Source: a virus
Lineage: Duplodnaviria > Caudoviricetes
Direction: 5' to 3' (one strand)
Length of the DNA: 36,442 nucleotides
Virus record (IMG/VR): IMGVR_UViG_3300046795_000023
Span: 1-36,442 of that record
A model generated the notes under the pieces. It saw only the letters and a list, made by a program, of their open reading frames with translations, did not search any database and was not told the DNA's origin. This document shows, one piece after another, positions 23,291 through 32,624 of the stretch (positions are counted from its first letter, which is position 1; each line of letters begins with the position of its first letter). The position numbers and the translations under genes were made by a program.

Positions 23291-25776
23291 TGCCCGACGA
23301 TCGCCTGAAAGAGCTGCTCGAGCGCAAAGCCTACGCGGAGGCGAACTGGCAGCACATCCGCACGCAGGCCGAGATCGACATGCAGTTTGTCGGCGGCAAC
23401 CCGTGGGATGACGACGACCGCAAGCTGCGCAAAAACCGCCCGACGATCGCGCCCGAGGAGATGGCGCAGTACTTCAACCAGGTGATCAACGCGCTGCGCG
23501 CGAACCCGCGCGGGATGAAGTTCGCGCCCGTCGGCAATGGCGCGACGGACAAGGCCGCGCGGTGGTATCAGGACAAGGCGCGCGAGGTCGAATACCGCAG
23601 CCATGCGGCGGTCGCCTATCTCACGGCGGCCGAGAACGCGATTCAGCGCAGCTACGGCTATTGCCGCGTGACGACGAAGTACAGCGCGCCGCGCTCGCCG
23701 AATCAGGAAATCTGGATCGAGGCGATCCCCGACCCCGACAAGGTGCTGCTCGACGCCGACGCGAAGGAACCCGACGCGAGCGACATGGGCTATGCGTTCG
23801 TGTTCGAGTGGGGCGCGCGCGCCGAGGTGGCGAAGCAGCGCGAGATCCTGCTGCCGAAAAAACCCCGCACCGCCGCGGCCTCGTCCAGTGCCGATCTGGA
23901 GTGGGCGGGCGCGGGCGGGACGAAGCCAACCGGCTGGATGGCGGGCGATCAGGAACTGCTGGCCGAGTACTGGACGCTGTCGACGACGCCGCGCCCGCTC
24001 TTGCTGATCCGGGCGCCGCGGCCGGCGCTCCCGTCGATGCCGCCGCCGCAAATGCCGCCCCCGGGGATGATGCCGCCGCCTGGTCCGCCCGCCCCCGGTC
24101 TGCCGCCGCCGGGGCTGCCAGGGCTGCCGCCGGGACTGCCGCCGCCCCCGGGGATGCGGCCGATGATGTCGCCCGGGATGATCCCGCCGCCGAACGGGCG
24201 ACCGCCGAATGGCGCCGGCCCGTCACGGCCCGCGCCGCCCACGGAGCGCACCGTGTTCGCGGACGAGTTTGAGCAGATCTACCGCCCGCGCGGCTGGCGC
24301 GTCGTGCGCGAGCTGCGGATCGTCGACGACCCGACGGTCAAGATGTATCTCACCGACGGGCTCGACATCCTGCACGAGCAGGACTGGCCGGGCAAGTACA
24401 TTCCGATCGTCAGTTGCTACGGCAAGGTGCTCTATGTGCCGACGGGCGGCGAGGTCAAGCGGCAGATCCTCTCGATGACGCGCTTCGGGCGCGACCCCTG
24501 GAAAGCCTACTGCTACTGCTGCAGCCAGGAGCTCGAGGTGCTGTCGATGGTCCCGAAGTCGCCGATCATGGCGGTCGAGGGGCAGCTCGGGCGGCACCAG
24601 TCCGAGTGGGAGGAGTCGACACACACGCCGAAGTCCGTGCTGTTCTATTTGCTGCGGACCGCGCCGACCGGCGAGCTCCCGCTGCCGCCGCCGCAACGGC
24701 TCGATTACGTGCAGGGCGAATACCTCCAAGCGCTCCAGATGGTCAAAGAAGCCTACCGCCGCGCGATTCAGGCCGCGATGGGCAGCAACTTTCTGCCGAC
24801 GCAGGCGCAGCGGCGCAACGAAAAAAGCGGCGTCGCGCTCGACAAGATCGACGCCTCGGCCGCGCAGGGCACGTATCACTTCGTCCACGCCTATGAGTCG
24901 ATGATCCGGCGCGTCGGCGTGATCTTCGAGGACCTGGCGACGCACATCTACGACTACACGGGCGAGGTCGGCACGATTGGCGCGGCCGGCGAGGCGCACA
25001 CGACGCGCATCAACGACCCGAATGACCCGGAAGCGATCGACACGGCGGGCGATTATCTGGTGACGGTCTCGACGGCGCCGAGCTCCGAGAGCGAGCGCAG
25101 CGCGGCGCAGGACTTCACGGAGACCTTGGTGTCGAACATCGGGATGGTCGCGCAGGTCGCCGGGCCGAAGGTCGCCGCCGCGATTCTGGCGCGGTCGGTG
25201 CGCCTGCGCAACCTCGGGCCGATCGGCGACAGCATGGCGGACCTCATCGAGCCGGCGGAGTTCAAGACCAAGAGCGGCGAGCCGGTGTCGCCGGAGGTCG
25301 CGGCGCTCCAGGCGCAGGTGCAGCACCTCACGCAGCTGCTCCAGCAGGCGGCGCAGGTGGCGCAGGGCAAACAACTGGAGCTGCAGAGTAAGCAGTCGAT
25401 CGCGCTGCTGCAGGAGCAGGGCGACAGTCAGCGCGCGCGCGAGGCGAACGAGACCAAGCTGGCGGTGGCGATGCTCACGGCGAAATTCGAGACCTTGCAG
25501 AACGCGATGAAGTTGTTCGCCGAGGAGCGCGCGCGGCTCGGCGAGCAGGCGCACGAGCGCGCGAGCGACGCCGTCGCGGCGGCGCAGGAACTGCGGCTGT
25601 CGCAACACGCGCAGACGCACGACACGGCGCTGTCGGTGGCGGAAGCCGCGCAGGCGCGTCAGCAAGCCGCCGAGGACCGCGCGCACGAGGCGGCGCTGGC
25701 GGCGCTCGGGGGCGGGCCGGGGCCGGGGCTCACGCCGCCGGACGGTGGAATGAACAGCGGGCCGTTCGCGCCATGA
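23290..25776 (+). CDS. Portal protein (P22-like, long C-terminal coiled-coil barrel)
   Basis: D.QFVGG.PW, RP.I, WPGKYIPIV..YG, SG.A motifs; downstream of terL; start at ATG 23290. Confidence 0.9.
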   Translation: MPDDRLKELLERKAYAEANWQHIRTQAEIDMQFVGGNPWDDDDRKLRKNRPTIAPEEMAQYFNQVINALRANPRGMKFAPVGNGATDKAARWYQDKAREVEYRSHAAVAYLTAAENAIQRSYGYCRVTTKYSAPRSPNQEIWIEAIPDPDKVLLDADAKEPDASDMGYAFVFEWGARAEVAKQREILLPKKPRTAAASSSADLEWAGAGGTKPTGWMAGDQELLAEYWTLSTTPRPLLLIRAPRPALPSMPPPQMPPPGMMPPPGPPAPGLPPPGLPGLPPGLPPPPGMRPMMSPGMIPPPNGRPPNGAGPSRPAPPTERTVFADEFEQIYRPRGWRVVRELRIVDDPTVKMYLTDGLDILHEQDWPGKYIPIVSCYGKVLYVPTGGEVKRQILSMTRFGRDPWKAYCYCCSQELEVLSMVPKSPIMAVEGQLGRHQSEWEESTHTPKSVLFYLLRTAPTGELPLPPPQRLDYVQGEYLQALQMVKEAYRRAIQAAMGSNFLPTQAQRRNEKSGVALDKIDASAAQGTYHFVHAYESMIRRVGVIFEDLATHIYDYTGEVGTIGAAGEAHTTRINDPNDPEAIDTAGDYLVTVSTAPSSESERSAAQDFTETLVSNIGMVAQVAGPKVAAAILARSVRLRNLGPIGDSMADLIEPAEFKTKSGEPVSPEVAALQAQVQHLTQLLQQAAQVAQGKQLELQSKQSIALLQEQGDSQRAREANETKLAVAMLTAKFETLQNAMKLFAEERARLGEQAHERASDAVAAAQELRLSQHAQTHDTALSVAEAAQARQQAAEDRAHEAALAALGGGPGPGLTPPDGGMNSGPFAP

Positions 25777-26216
25777 GCGAGGGGCTCGCGATCCGGGTGA
25801 TTCAGAACTGGGACACGCGCCGGGCGATGTTCATCACGCGGGTCGACGCCCGCGTGTGGACTGGGCGGGAGGCGACGATGACGTATCTGCCCCGGCGCGT
25901 GTATGAATACGGCGACGAGGAGGCGGCGATGACCGACGAGGCGAGGACCGACGAAGACGTGAAGCCGCCCGTCGAGCGCGCCGCGCTGGGCGTGATTCTG
26001 GCGGCGTGCCCGCGCTGCGGCAGTTTCGACCCGTTCGCGATGAACCATGGCGGGTTCGTCTGCGTCGACTGCGGGCGGCGCTTCACCGAGGCCGCCTACT
26101 ACCAGCGCGTGGCGCCCCCGGCCCCGTCGGCCCCGTCGGCCCCCGAGGGCCTGACGCGCGACGAGATCGAGACCGTGCTCGCGCCGCGGCGCCCGTCACC
26201 GCCAGACGCGACGTGA
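25773..26216 (+). CDS. Hypothetical zinc-ribbon protein
   Basis: CPRCG...CVDCG; start uncertain. Confidence 0.5.
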   Translation: MSEGLAIRVIQNWDTRRAMFITRVDARVWTGREATMTYLPRRVYEYGDEEAAMTDEARTDEDVKPPVERAALGVILAACPRCGSFDPFAMNHGGFVCVDCGRRFTEAAYYQRVAPPAPSAPSAPEGLTRDEIETVLAPRRPSPPDAT

Positions 26217-26219
26217 GCG

Positions 26220-28370
26220 ATGGCCGAGTCCCTGCCGGATCTGGTCGCGCGGCTGAAGGCGACGGTGCCCGCGCTCGCGGACGTGCCCGACGACGTGCTG
26301 GCCGCCGAAGTCGCACGCCAGGTGCAGGCGCGCGGCGGGCCGTCCGTCGGGGATGTGGTCGGGACTGAACCCGACGAGCCGATCTTTCGCACCAGCAACG
26401 AGAAGGACGCGACGGGCGCGGCGGTCGTGCGGGCGGCGCCCTCGCCGTGGACGAAAGCCGCGACCATTGGCGCGCCGGGGATCGGCGAGCGGTACACGTT
26501 GCCGAGCGTCGGCCAGGTGCTCGCGAGTGATCAACCCCTCAAACTCCTCGCGGAGTATGTGACCGGGCCGGGACGCCCGCGGTCGGTGGCGAATGCGGAT
26601 CCGACGGGGATCGATGCGTTCACCGAGGGCAAGGGGCCGATGCCGATGTTTCTCGGGACGGTGGCGGAGGAGGCCGGCGCGGGCGGGCGCGGCCTGTATT
26701 CGCGCGTCGATGACGCGGTGAGCCGCCTGCCCGCGAAGGGCGCGCACCCGAACAAGATTGCGGGGATCCTCAAGTCGAACGCGAGCGCCGAGGAGTTGGC
26801 GTATCGGCAGGTGCCGGAGTTTCTCGCCAGCAAGGGGAATGCGACGGTGACGCCGGGCGAGCTGCAGGCGCATCTGGCCGCGCATCCGGCGCCGCTGCCG
26901 GCGGTGGTGACGCGTGGCGATCCGCCCGCGGACCTCATCGCCGCGCGGAAAGCGGTCGAGAACCGCGCCAAGGTCATGCAGGGGGCCGCATTCGATGATC
27001 CGACCGACTGGGTGGGCGTGGATCAACGCGACCGCGCGAATGCCTTCTGGTGGGCGCAAGAAGCGGCGCGCGGCGAGGCGCGCGCGCTGCGCAAATTGCA
27101 AGAGGTCGCGGTCGATCCCGATCATCTAGACACCCTCTTGGCGTTTGGACGCCTGCGGAATGAATCCACCGCTATCGGCGACCAGATCGCCCAGGTGCCG
27201 ACGACGAAATACGGATTGCACACGGTCCCGGGCGGCGAGGCGTATCAGGAGACGCTGCTGACGCTGCCGAAAGAACGGCAATGGATCAACGGCGCGCCGA
27301 TTACGGCCGAAGACCTCGCGACCCAAGCGGGCCGCGACGCGGCGGATCGCGTGGGGAGTTACACCGACCCCGTGTTTCGCTCGTCCCACTTCGAGGAGCC
27401 CAACATCGTCGTCCACACGCGCAGCAACACGCGCACGCTGCCGACGGGCGAGCGCGGGCGGTTTGTCGAGGAAGTGCAGAGCGACTGGCACCAGGCGGGG
27501 AAGACGAAGGGGTATGGCCCCGATCTACGGCACATGGCGTATTACGACGTGCCGAACGGGGGCATCGTGCCGATCGGCTACGGCAAAACGGAAGCGGCGG
27601 CCCTCGCCGATGTCGATCCGAAGTGGCACGGCCTCGTCGACATCAAATACAAGACGGAGAAACTTGGGGAAGGCGTACCCGATGCGCCCTTCAAAGACAC
27701 CTGGCCCGACCTCGGCTTGAAGCAGCAACTGCTGGAGGCCGCGAAGGACCCCGACGCGCAGTGGCTCGGGTTCACGAGCGGGCAGACGCAGGCGGCGCGG
27801 TACGACCTGAGCAAACAGATCGATGAACTGAAGTGGTATCGCGATGGCGACGGGTATCGCATCAGCGCGCGGAAGGACGGGCAGATCGTCGCGCAGCAGT
27901 CGGCGATGAGTCCGCAGACGTTATCGGCCACGGTCGGCAAAGAGATGGCGCAGAAGATCGTGGGGCAGACCGAGCAGCACGGCGTGATGTCCGGGATCGA
28001 TCTACAAGTCGGCGGCGAAGGCATGCATCACTTCTACGATGAGCTGCTGCCCAAGCGCCTGCAGAAGATCGTGAAGCCGTTCGGCGGCACGGTGGAGCGC
28101 GTGCCGCTCGGGCGGTCGAAGGCGGAGATCGATGCGGCGATGGACGCGCTCCACAATGCGCCCGCGTGGACGAACAACCTCCGCGACGAGTTGAACCGCC
28201 TGCAGACCGAACGCAACGCCGCGCCCGATGGCCCCGCGTGGATCGTCCGCCTCACGCCCGCGATGAAAGCGCGCATCCTGAAGGAAGGGCTGCCGCTCGG
28301 GCTCCTGCTCGGCGCCGCCGGCCCGTCGGTGATTGAAGCCCTGGGCGGGGACACGACCGCGCCCGACTAA
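26220..28370 (+). CDS. Large polyvalent-protein-like putative internal virion/ejected protein
   Basis: PGGE.Y.E.LLTLP, SSHFEEPNI..H.R, FVEEVQSDWHQ, VPDAPFK.TW, Q..RYDLSKQ and GM..FYD..LP motifs seen in large phage polyvalent proteins. Confidence 0.65.
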   Translation: MAESLPDLVARLKATVPALADVPDDVLAAEVARQVQARGGPSVGDVVGTEPDEPIFRTSNEKDATGAAVVRAAPSPWTKAATIGAPGIGERYTLPSVGQVLASDQPLKLLAEYVTGPGRPRSVANADPTGIDAFTEGKGPMPMFLGTVAEEAGAGGRGLYSRVDDAVSRLPAKGAHPNKIAGILKSNASAEELAYRQVPEFLASKGNATVTPGELQAHLAAHPAPLPAVVTRGDPPADLIAARKAVENRAKVMQGAAFDDPTDWVGVDQRDRANAFWWAQEAARGEARALRKLQEVAVDPDHLDTLLAFGRLRNESTAIGDQIAQVPTTKYGLHTVPGGEAYQETLLTLPKERQWINGAPITAEDLATQAGRDAADRVGSYTDPVFRSSHFEEPNIVVHTRSNTRTLPTGERGRFVEEVQSDWHQAGKTKGYGPDLRHMAYYDVPNGGIVPIGYGKTEAAALADVDPKWHGLVDIKYKTEKLGEGVPDAPFKDTWPDLGLKQQLLEAAKDPDAQWLGFTSGQTQAARYDLSKQIDELKWYRDGDGYRISARKDGQIVAQQSAMSPQTLSATVGKEMAQKIVGQTEQHGVMSGIDLQVGGEGMHHFYDELLPKRLQKIVKPFGGTVERVPLGRSKAEIDAAMDALHNAPAWTNNLRDELNRLQTERNAAPDGPAWIVRLTPAMKARILKEGLPLGLLLGAAGPSVIEALGGDTTAPD

Positions 28371-28393
28371 TCGCCGGTCACGGTCCCCTTGCC

Positions 28394-28460
28394 GTGTCCC
28401 GTTCTGGGCGCGCCCGCGAATAATACTTGTGCCGCCGTGTGCCGTTTGCGCACACTGGCC
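28394..28460 (+). promoter_or_regulatory. Putative late promoter, copy B
   Basis: Repeat of 22719-22785, directly upstream of scaffold and coat. Confidence 0.7.
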
Positions 28461-28466
28461 GAACCC

Positions 28467-29609
28467 ATGCCCGACGAGTCGGCTGGCCCGGCATCCGCGC
28501 CGGCCCCGGCCCCGCCCGACCGCGCGCCCGCGTCCCCGGCCCCCGTCAGCGCGGAGCGCGCGGCGGCGGCGACGGGCGATTTCGGCGCGTTCGACCGGGC
28601 GGCCGTCGCCCGGAAACAGGGCAAGGCGCTGCCCGATGTCGCGGCCCCGGCGTCTGCCCCTCCGCAGGACGGCGGCGGCGCGGAGACGGGCGAGCGCACG
28701 GTCTCCAAGCGCCAGCAGGCGATCAACGACTACGAACGGCGCATTGCCGAGCAGGAGCAGCGCATCCGCGCGCTGGAAACCCGCCGGCCCGCGGCGCCCG
28801 ATCCGGCCGACGCGGCACCCGCGCCGCCCCCGAATGGACCGCCGACCGGCCAGCCGCCCGCCCCGGAGACCGCGAAGCAGCGCGCCGCGCGCTATCTCGC
28901 GTTGCCCGACGCGCCGAAGGTCGATGACTTCGACACCTACCCCGAATACACCGCCGCGCAGACGCTGTTCCTGCAGGACAAACTGCAAGCCGAGGCCGCG
29001 GACGTCGCGAGCCGCCGGCAGGCGCAGCAGCAGCAGCACGACCGGCTGATCGCCCGCGATCAGGGGTTCCGCGCGCGGCTGACGGCGGCGAAAGAGGCCG
29101 ATCCGGCGTTCGTGGATCAGCTCTCCGACGAGGCGAAATCCCTCGGCGGGATCGACTACGCGCGGCGCAGCGGCGTCACGCCGGGGCCGATCCACATCAT
29201 CGGCGAGTTGCTCTATGACAGTCCGCAGGCCGTGCCGTTCCTGCGCGCCATCTCAGCGAACCCGCAGCTGCTCCCGCAGCTCCTCGCGCTGCCGGAGGCT
29301 GTCCAGCGGTTGCCGCCGCAGTGGCGCGCGAAAGCGCACGTCGATCACCTGGTCACGGAGTTTCGTCGCCTCGAGGGCCGGCTGGCCTATGAGGCCGAGC
29401 GGGCGGCGGCCGACACCGCGCCCCGCGATGACGACGCCCCGCCCTCGAGTGTCAGTTCTGCGCCCCCCCCGCCCCCGACGCTGACGAAGGCCGGCCGCTC
29501 GGCCGACCCCGGCCGCTCGGCGCTCGAGCGCGGCGATTTCGCCGCCTACGACGCCGCCGAGATGGCCCGGAAAATCCGGCAACGCACGGCGGGCCGCGGC
29601 GGGCGCTAG
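28467..29609 (+). CDS. Scaffolding protein
   Basis: Pro/Ala-rich N-terminus, coiled coils, PKVDDF.TY.EY; upstream of coat. Confidence 0.8.
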   Translation: MPDESAGPASAPAPAPPDRAPASPAPVSAERAAAATGDFGAFDRAAVARKQGKALPDVAAPASAPPQDGGGAETGERTVSKRQQAINDYERRIAEQEQRIRALETRRPAAPDPADAAPAPPPNGPPTGQPPAPETAKQRAARYLALPDAPKVDDFDTYPEYTAAQTLFLQDKLQAEAADVASRRQAQQQQHDRLIARDQGFRARLTAAKEADPAFVDQLSDEAKSLGGIDYARRSGVTPGPIHIIGELLYDSPQAVPFLRAISANPQLLPQLLALPEAVQRLPPQWRAKAHVDHLVTEFRRLEGRLAYEAERAAADTAPRDDDAPPSSVSSAPPPPPTLTKAGRSADPGRSALERGDFAAYDAAEMARKIRQRTAGRGGR

Positions 29610-29621
29610 CAAAGGTCTCCC

Positions 29622-30878
29622 ATGCCGACGAATACGTTCAATAAGACCACGTGGGTCGCGATGAAAGGCTTGTCGCTGCTCAAGAACAGCCTCGCGATCG
29701 CGCCCTACTTCAGTGACGAGTACAGCGGCGACTACGCGCAGAAGTTCGCGATCGGCAAGACGATGACGGTGCCGCTGTCGCAGCGCTACACGGTGCAGCG
29801 CAACGACATGACCTTCACCGCGCAGAATCTCGATCGCCCGACGACCACGATCAGCATCGACCAGACGGCGACGATCGCGCTCGAGTGGGCGTCGATCGAG
29901 CAGGCGCTCGACATGGAGCGCGGCGAGGAGCGCGTTGAGGAGATTTACCTCAAGCCCGCCGTCGCGTACATCCGGCAAGAAATCGAATCGAGCGCGGCGC
30001 AGTTCGCCGGGCAAAACGCGAACATGATCGTCGGCGCGCTCGGCACCAACCCGACCACCTTCGACACGACCTCGGGGGCGGCGCTGCAGTACCTGACGCA
30101 GATGGGGTGCCCGGTCGATGACGACAACCTCGGGCTGTTCCTGCCGCCCGTCGTCAATCGCGCCGTCAAGACCTCGGCGAACGCGTTCACGAATCCGCAG
30201 CTGGACATCTCGCGGCAGTTCCGCGCGGGGTTCATTCAGAAGTCGGACAGCTTCGACTGGTACGCGTCCAACTCGCTCTACCGCCACACGGCGGGCACCT
30301 GGGCGGGCGCGGTGACGATGAGCGCGGCGGCGTCGCAGAGCGGCGGCACCCTCAACCTGATCGCCACCACCGGCGACACGTTCAAGAAGGGCGACAAGTT
30401 CTCGATCGCCAACGTGAACGAAGTCAACCTGATGACGCGCACGCCGAACAGCGTGGCGACGGCGGGCACGAAGACCTTCTCCGTGTTGGCGCCCGTCACC
30501 GCGGCGGGCGGCGTGGCGACGATCACGATCTACCCGCCGATCTACGGGCCGGGCGCGCATTACCAGAACGTGGACGCGCTGCCGGCGCCGAGCGCGGCGC
30601 TGACGCTCTGGCCGGGGACGACGACGCCCAGCGGGAAGGTCGGCAAGCTCGGGCTCGGGCTCTATCCCGGCGCGTTCTTCATCGCCGGCAAGAAGCTCGA
30701 GGAGCCGACCAAGGCCGAGTTCTGCAAGCAGTACCAGGATCCGAAAACCGGGCTCGCAATCCGGCTGATTCAGGACTGGGACAACCGGACGTCGAGTCTC
30801 ACGACGCGCTTCGATCTGACGTGGGGCTTCGGGATCGGCCTCGCGGAACAGTGCGCGGTCGTGATTCCCTGCGGCTAA
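29622..30878 (+). CDS. Major capsid protein (P22 coat family)
   Basis: IGKT.TVP, L.PAV..I, GD.F.IA.V..VN.MT, I.PPI, RFD..WG motifs. Confidence 0.92.
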   Translation: MPTNTFNKTTWVAMKGLSLLKNSLAIAPYFSDEYSGDYAQKFAIGKTMTVPLSQRYTVQRNDMTFTAQNLDRPTTTISIDQTATIALEWASIEQALDMERGEERVEEIYLKPAVAYIRQEIESSAAQFAGQNANMIVGALGTNPTTFDTTSGAALQYLTQMGCPVDDDNLGLFLPPVVNRAVKTSANAFTNPQLDISRQFRAGFIQKSDSFDWYASNSLYRHTAGTWAGAVTMSAAASQSGGTLNLIATTGDTFKKGDKFSIANVNEVNLMTRTPNSVATAGTKTFSVLAPVTAAGGVATITIYPPIYGPGAHYQNVDALPAPSAALTLWPGTTTPSGKVGKLGLGLYPGAFFIAGKKLEEPTKAEFCKQYQDPKTGLAIRLIQDWDNRTSSLTTRFDLTWGFGIGLAEQCAVVIPCG

Positions 30879-30925
30879 TCCGCGAGTCGCGATCTGGCAA
30901 TTGCCGACGAGGCCCCGGCCCCGAT

Positions 30926-30945
30926 CCGGCAATTGCCGGTTTTTT
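30926..30945 (+). terminator. Intrinsic terminator after the coat gene
   Basis: CCGGC-AATT-GCCGG followed by TTTTTT. Confidence 0.7.
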
Positions 30946-30961
30946 GGACGAGGAGCAGAAC

Positions 30962-31219
30962 ATGGCCGAGGGGATGGCGTTCGACCAGCTGAAACCGCCG
31001 ATCACGGTCACGGACCCGATCGGGCAGGGGCGCGTGGAATGGCCGCGGCATGTGCATCAGGCGGGCGTCAGCCATGACGGCGGCCCGCGCTATCTCGTCG
31101 TCGCGACCCCGGAGGAGGAAGCCGCCGCGATCGCGGACGGCTGGTATCTGACGCGGGCGGCCGCGCTGACGGCGGCGTCTGAGGCCCCACCGCCCCCGCC
31201 CCCGTCCCGCAAACGCTAA
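30962..31219 (+). CDS. Small virion-module protein
   Basis: EWPRHVH...VVA.PEEE.AA...GW pattern common after P22-like coat genes; GAGGAG RBS. Confidence 0.7.
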   Translation: MAEGMAFDQLKPPITVTDPIGQGRVEWPRHVHQAGVSHDGGPRYLVVATPEEEAAAIADGWYLTRAAALTAASEAPPPPPPSRKR

Positions 31220-31255
31220 CCGCGCCCCCTGGGGGCGCTGAACTGTGAGGAGTCG

Positions 31256-31897
31256 ATGACGGCACCGAAGACGGAGTCCACGCCTGCGCCGGCCCCCGTG
31301 GGCGAGCGCCTCCCGCACCGCGCCCGGACCGCCGCCGAGCAAGGCGAAAACCTCGGCAAGATCGTGCTCTATCACCAGGTCGAGAGTCCGCAGAATCCGG
31401 CGATCGTCACGCCGGCCATCGTCCAGGCCGTGCGGGACACCGAGACGCTCGCCGTGCGGCTGATGGTCTTCGGCCACAACGGCCCGGAGCTCGTCGAGGA
31501 TGTTCTGCACGGGTTCGCGGTCGGCGAGTGGAGCCTGCCGGGGGAGGCCCCGCCGCCGCCGGCGCTGACGGTGCTCGCGCCCTCGACGGCCGTCCTCGGG
31601 GATCCCTCCTTTACGCTGCATGTGCGGGGGACGGGGTTCGCGCCCGGCGCCGTGATCGTCTTCGCCGCGCAGGACGAGCCGACGACGCGCGTGTCCGACA
31701 CCGAGGTCACGACGGGCGTGAACATGGCGCTCTGGCTCGGGCCGGACGCCGTGCCGGTGCTCGTGCGCAACGCCGACGGCCAGGTGAGCGCGCCGCTGTC
31801 GTTCACGTTCACGACGCGGGTGGAGGAGTTCGCGACGGCGGCCGAGGCCGAGGCCGAGGCCGAGGCGGAGCCGCCCGCGCGGGCGCGCCGCCGGTAA
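31256..31897 (+). CDS. IPT/TIG (Ig-like) domain virion protein
   Basis: P.LT.LAPS.A..G...FTL.V.GTGF.PGA.I.F......T.VSDT...V.V.VRN.DG..S.PL.FTFT. Confidence 0.75.
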   Translation: MTAPKTESTPAPAPVGERLPHRARTAAEQGENLGKIVLYHQVESPQNPAIVTPAIVQAVRDTETLAVRLMVFGHNGPELVEDVLHGFAVGEWSLPGEAPPPPALTVLAPSTAVLGDPSFTLHVRGTGFAPGAVIVFAAQDEPTTRVSDTEVTTGVNMALWLGPDAVPVLVRNADGQVSAPLSFTFTTRVEEFATAAEAEAEAEAEPPARARRR

Positions 31898-31904
31898 CGC
31901 GGCG

Positions 31905-32624
31905 ATGCCGACCCCGGTCACGGATCTGATCTACGGCGCGCTGGCGGAGATCCGCGTCGCGCGCGGCGGCGACGTCGTGCGCGGCGAGGATCAGGCGCTC
32001 TGTCTCACCTTCCTGAACGAGATCCTCGAGCGGCTCGCGGTCACGCCGAATGCGATCTACATGGAGTTGCTCGTGGTGGGGGTGCTCACGCCGGGGTTAG
32101 CGGTCCACAACCTCGGGCCGACGGGCGCGATTGTGATGCCGCGGCGGCCGGCCCGCATCCAGCAGGCCGTCCTGATCCTGGCGGGGGGCACCCGGTGGCC
32201 GCTCGCCCCGCAGTCGCAGGAGTGGTGGGCGCGGCGGCCGCTCGACACGCTCACGAGTGCGATCCCGGAGGCGTTCGCCTACAACCCGAGCTGGCCGGAT
32301 GGCGCGCTGGCGCTGTGGCCGACCCCGAGCCAGGCGCAGCCGCTGGAACTCATGGTGTGGACGGACGTGCCGGCCGTCGCTGACACCGACACGATCGATC
32401 TGCCGCCGGGCTACGGGGAACTCCTGCGCCTCTGGACCGCCAAGAAAGCGGCGCCCAGCTTCGCGCGCGAGTTCTCCGCCGCGTCCCAGGCCGCGCTCAC
32501 CGAGTGCCTCGCGGACGTCTTCGGCGCCAACATTCCCCGCGTCAACGACCTCGACACGCGCGACGGCGGCGTGCCCGGCGGGCGCGGCGGCGTGTACGAC
32601 GCCCAGACCGGGCAGGTGACCTGA
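31905..32624 (+). CDS. Head-tail adaptor (P22 gp4-like position)
   Basis: DLI.GAL.EI.V, L..LN..L, LWP.P and LPPGY.E.L motifs. Confidence 0.75.
   Translation: MPTPVTDLIYGALAEIRVARGGDVVRGEDQALCLTFLNEILERLAVTPNAIYMELLVVGVLTPGLAVHNLGPTGAIVMPRRPARIQQAVLILAGGTRWPLAPQSQEWWARRPLDTLTSAIPEAFAYNPSWPDGALALWPTPSQAQPLELMVWTDVPAVADTDTIDLPPGYGELLRLWTAKKAAPSFAREFSAASQAALTECLADVFGANIPRVNDLDTRDGGVPGGRGGVYDAQTGQVT

Noticed and set aside
29253-30932. Long antisense ORFs (e.g. 559 aa opposite coat, 487 aa opposite portal, 481 aa opposite gp10)
   Set aside because: Arg/Gly-rich shadow frames expected from high GC3 codon bias; no motifs.
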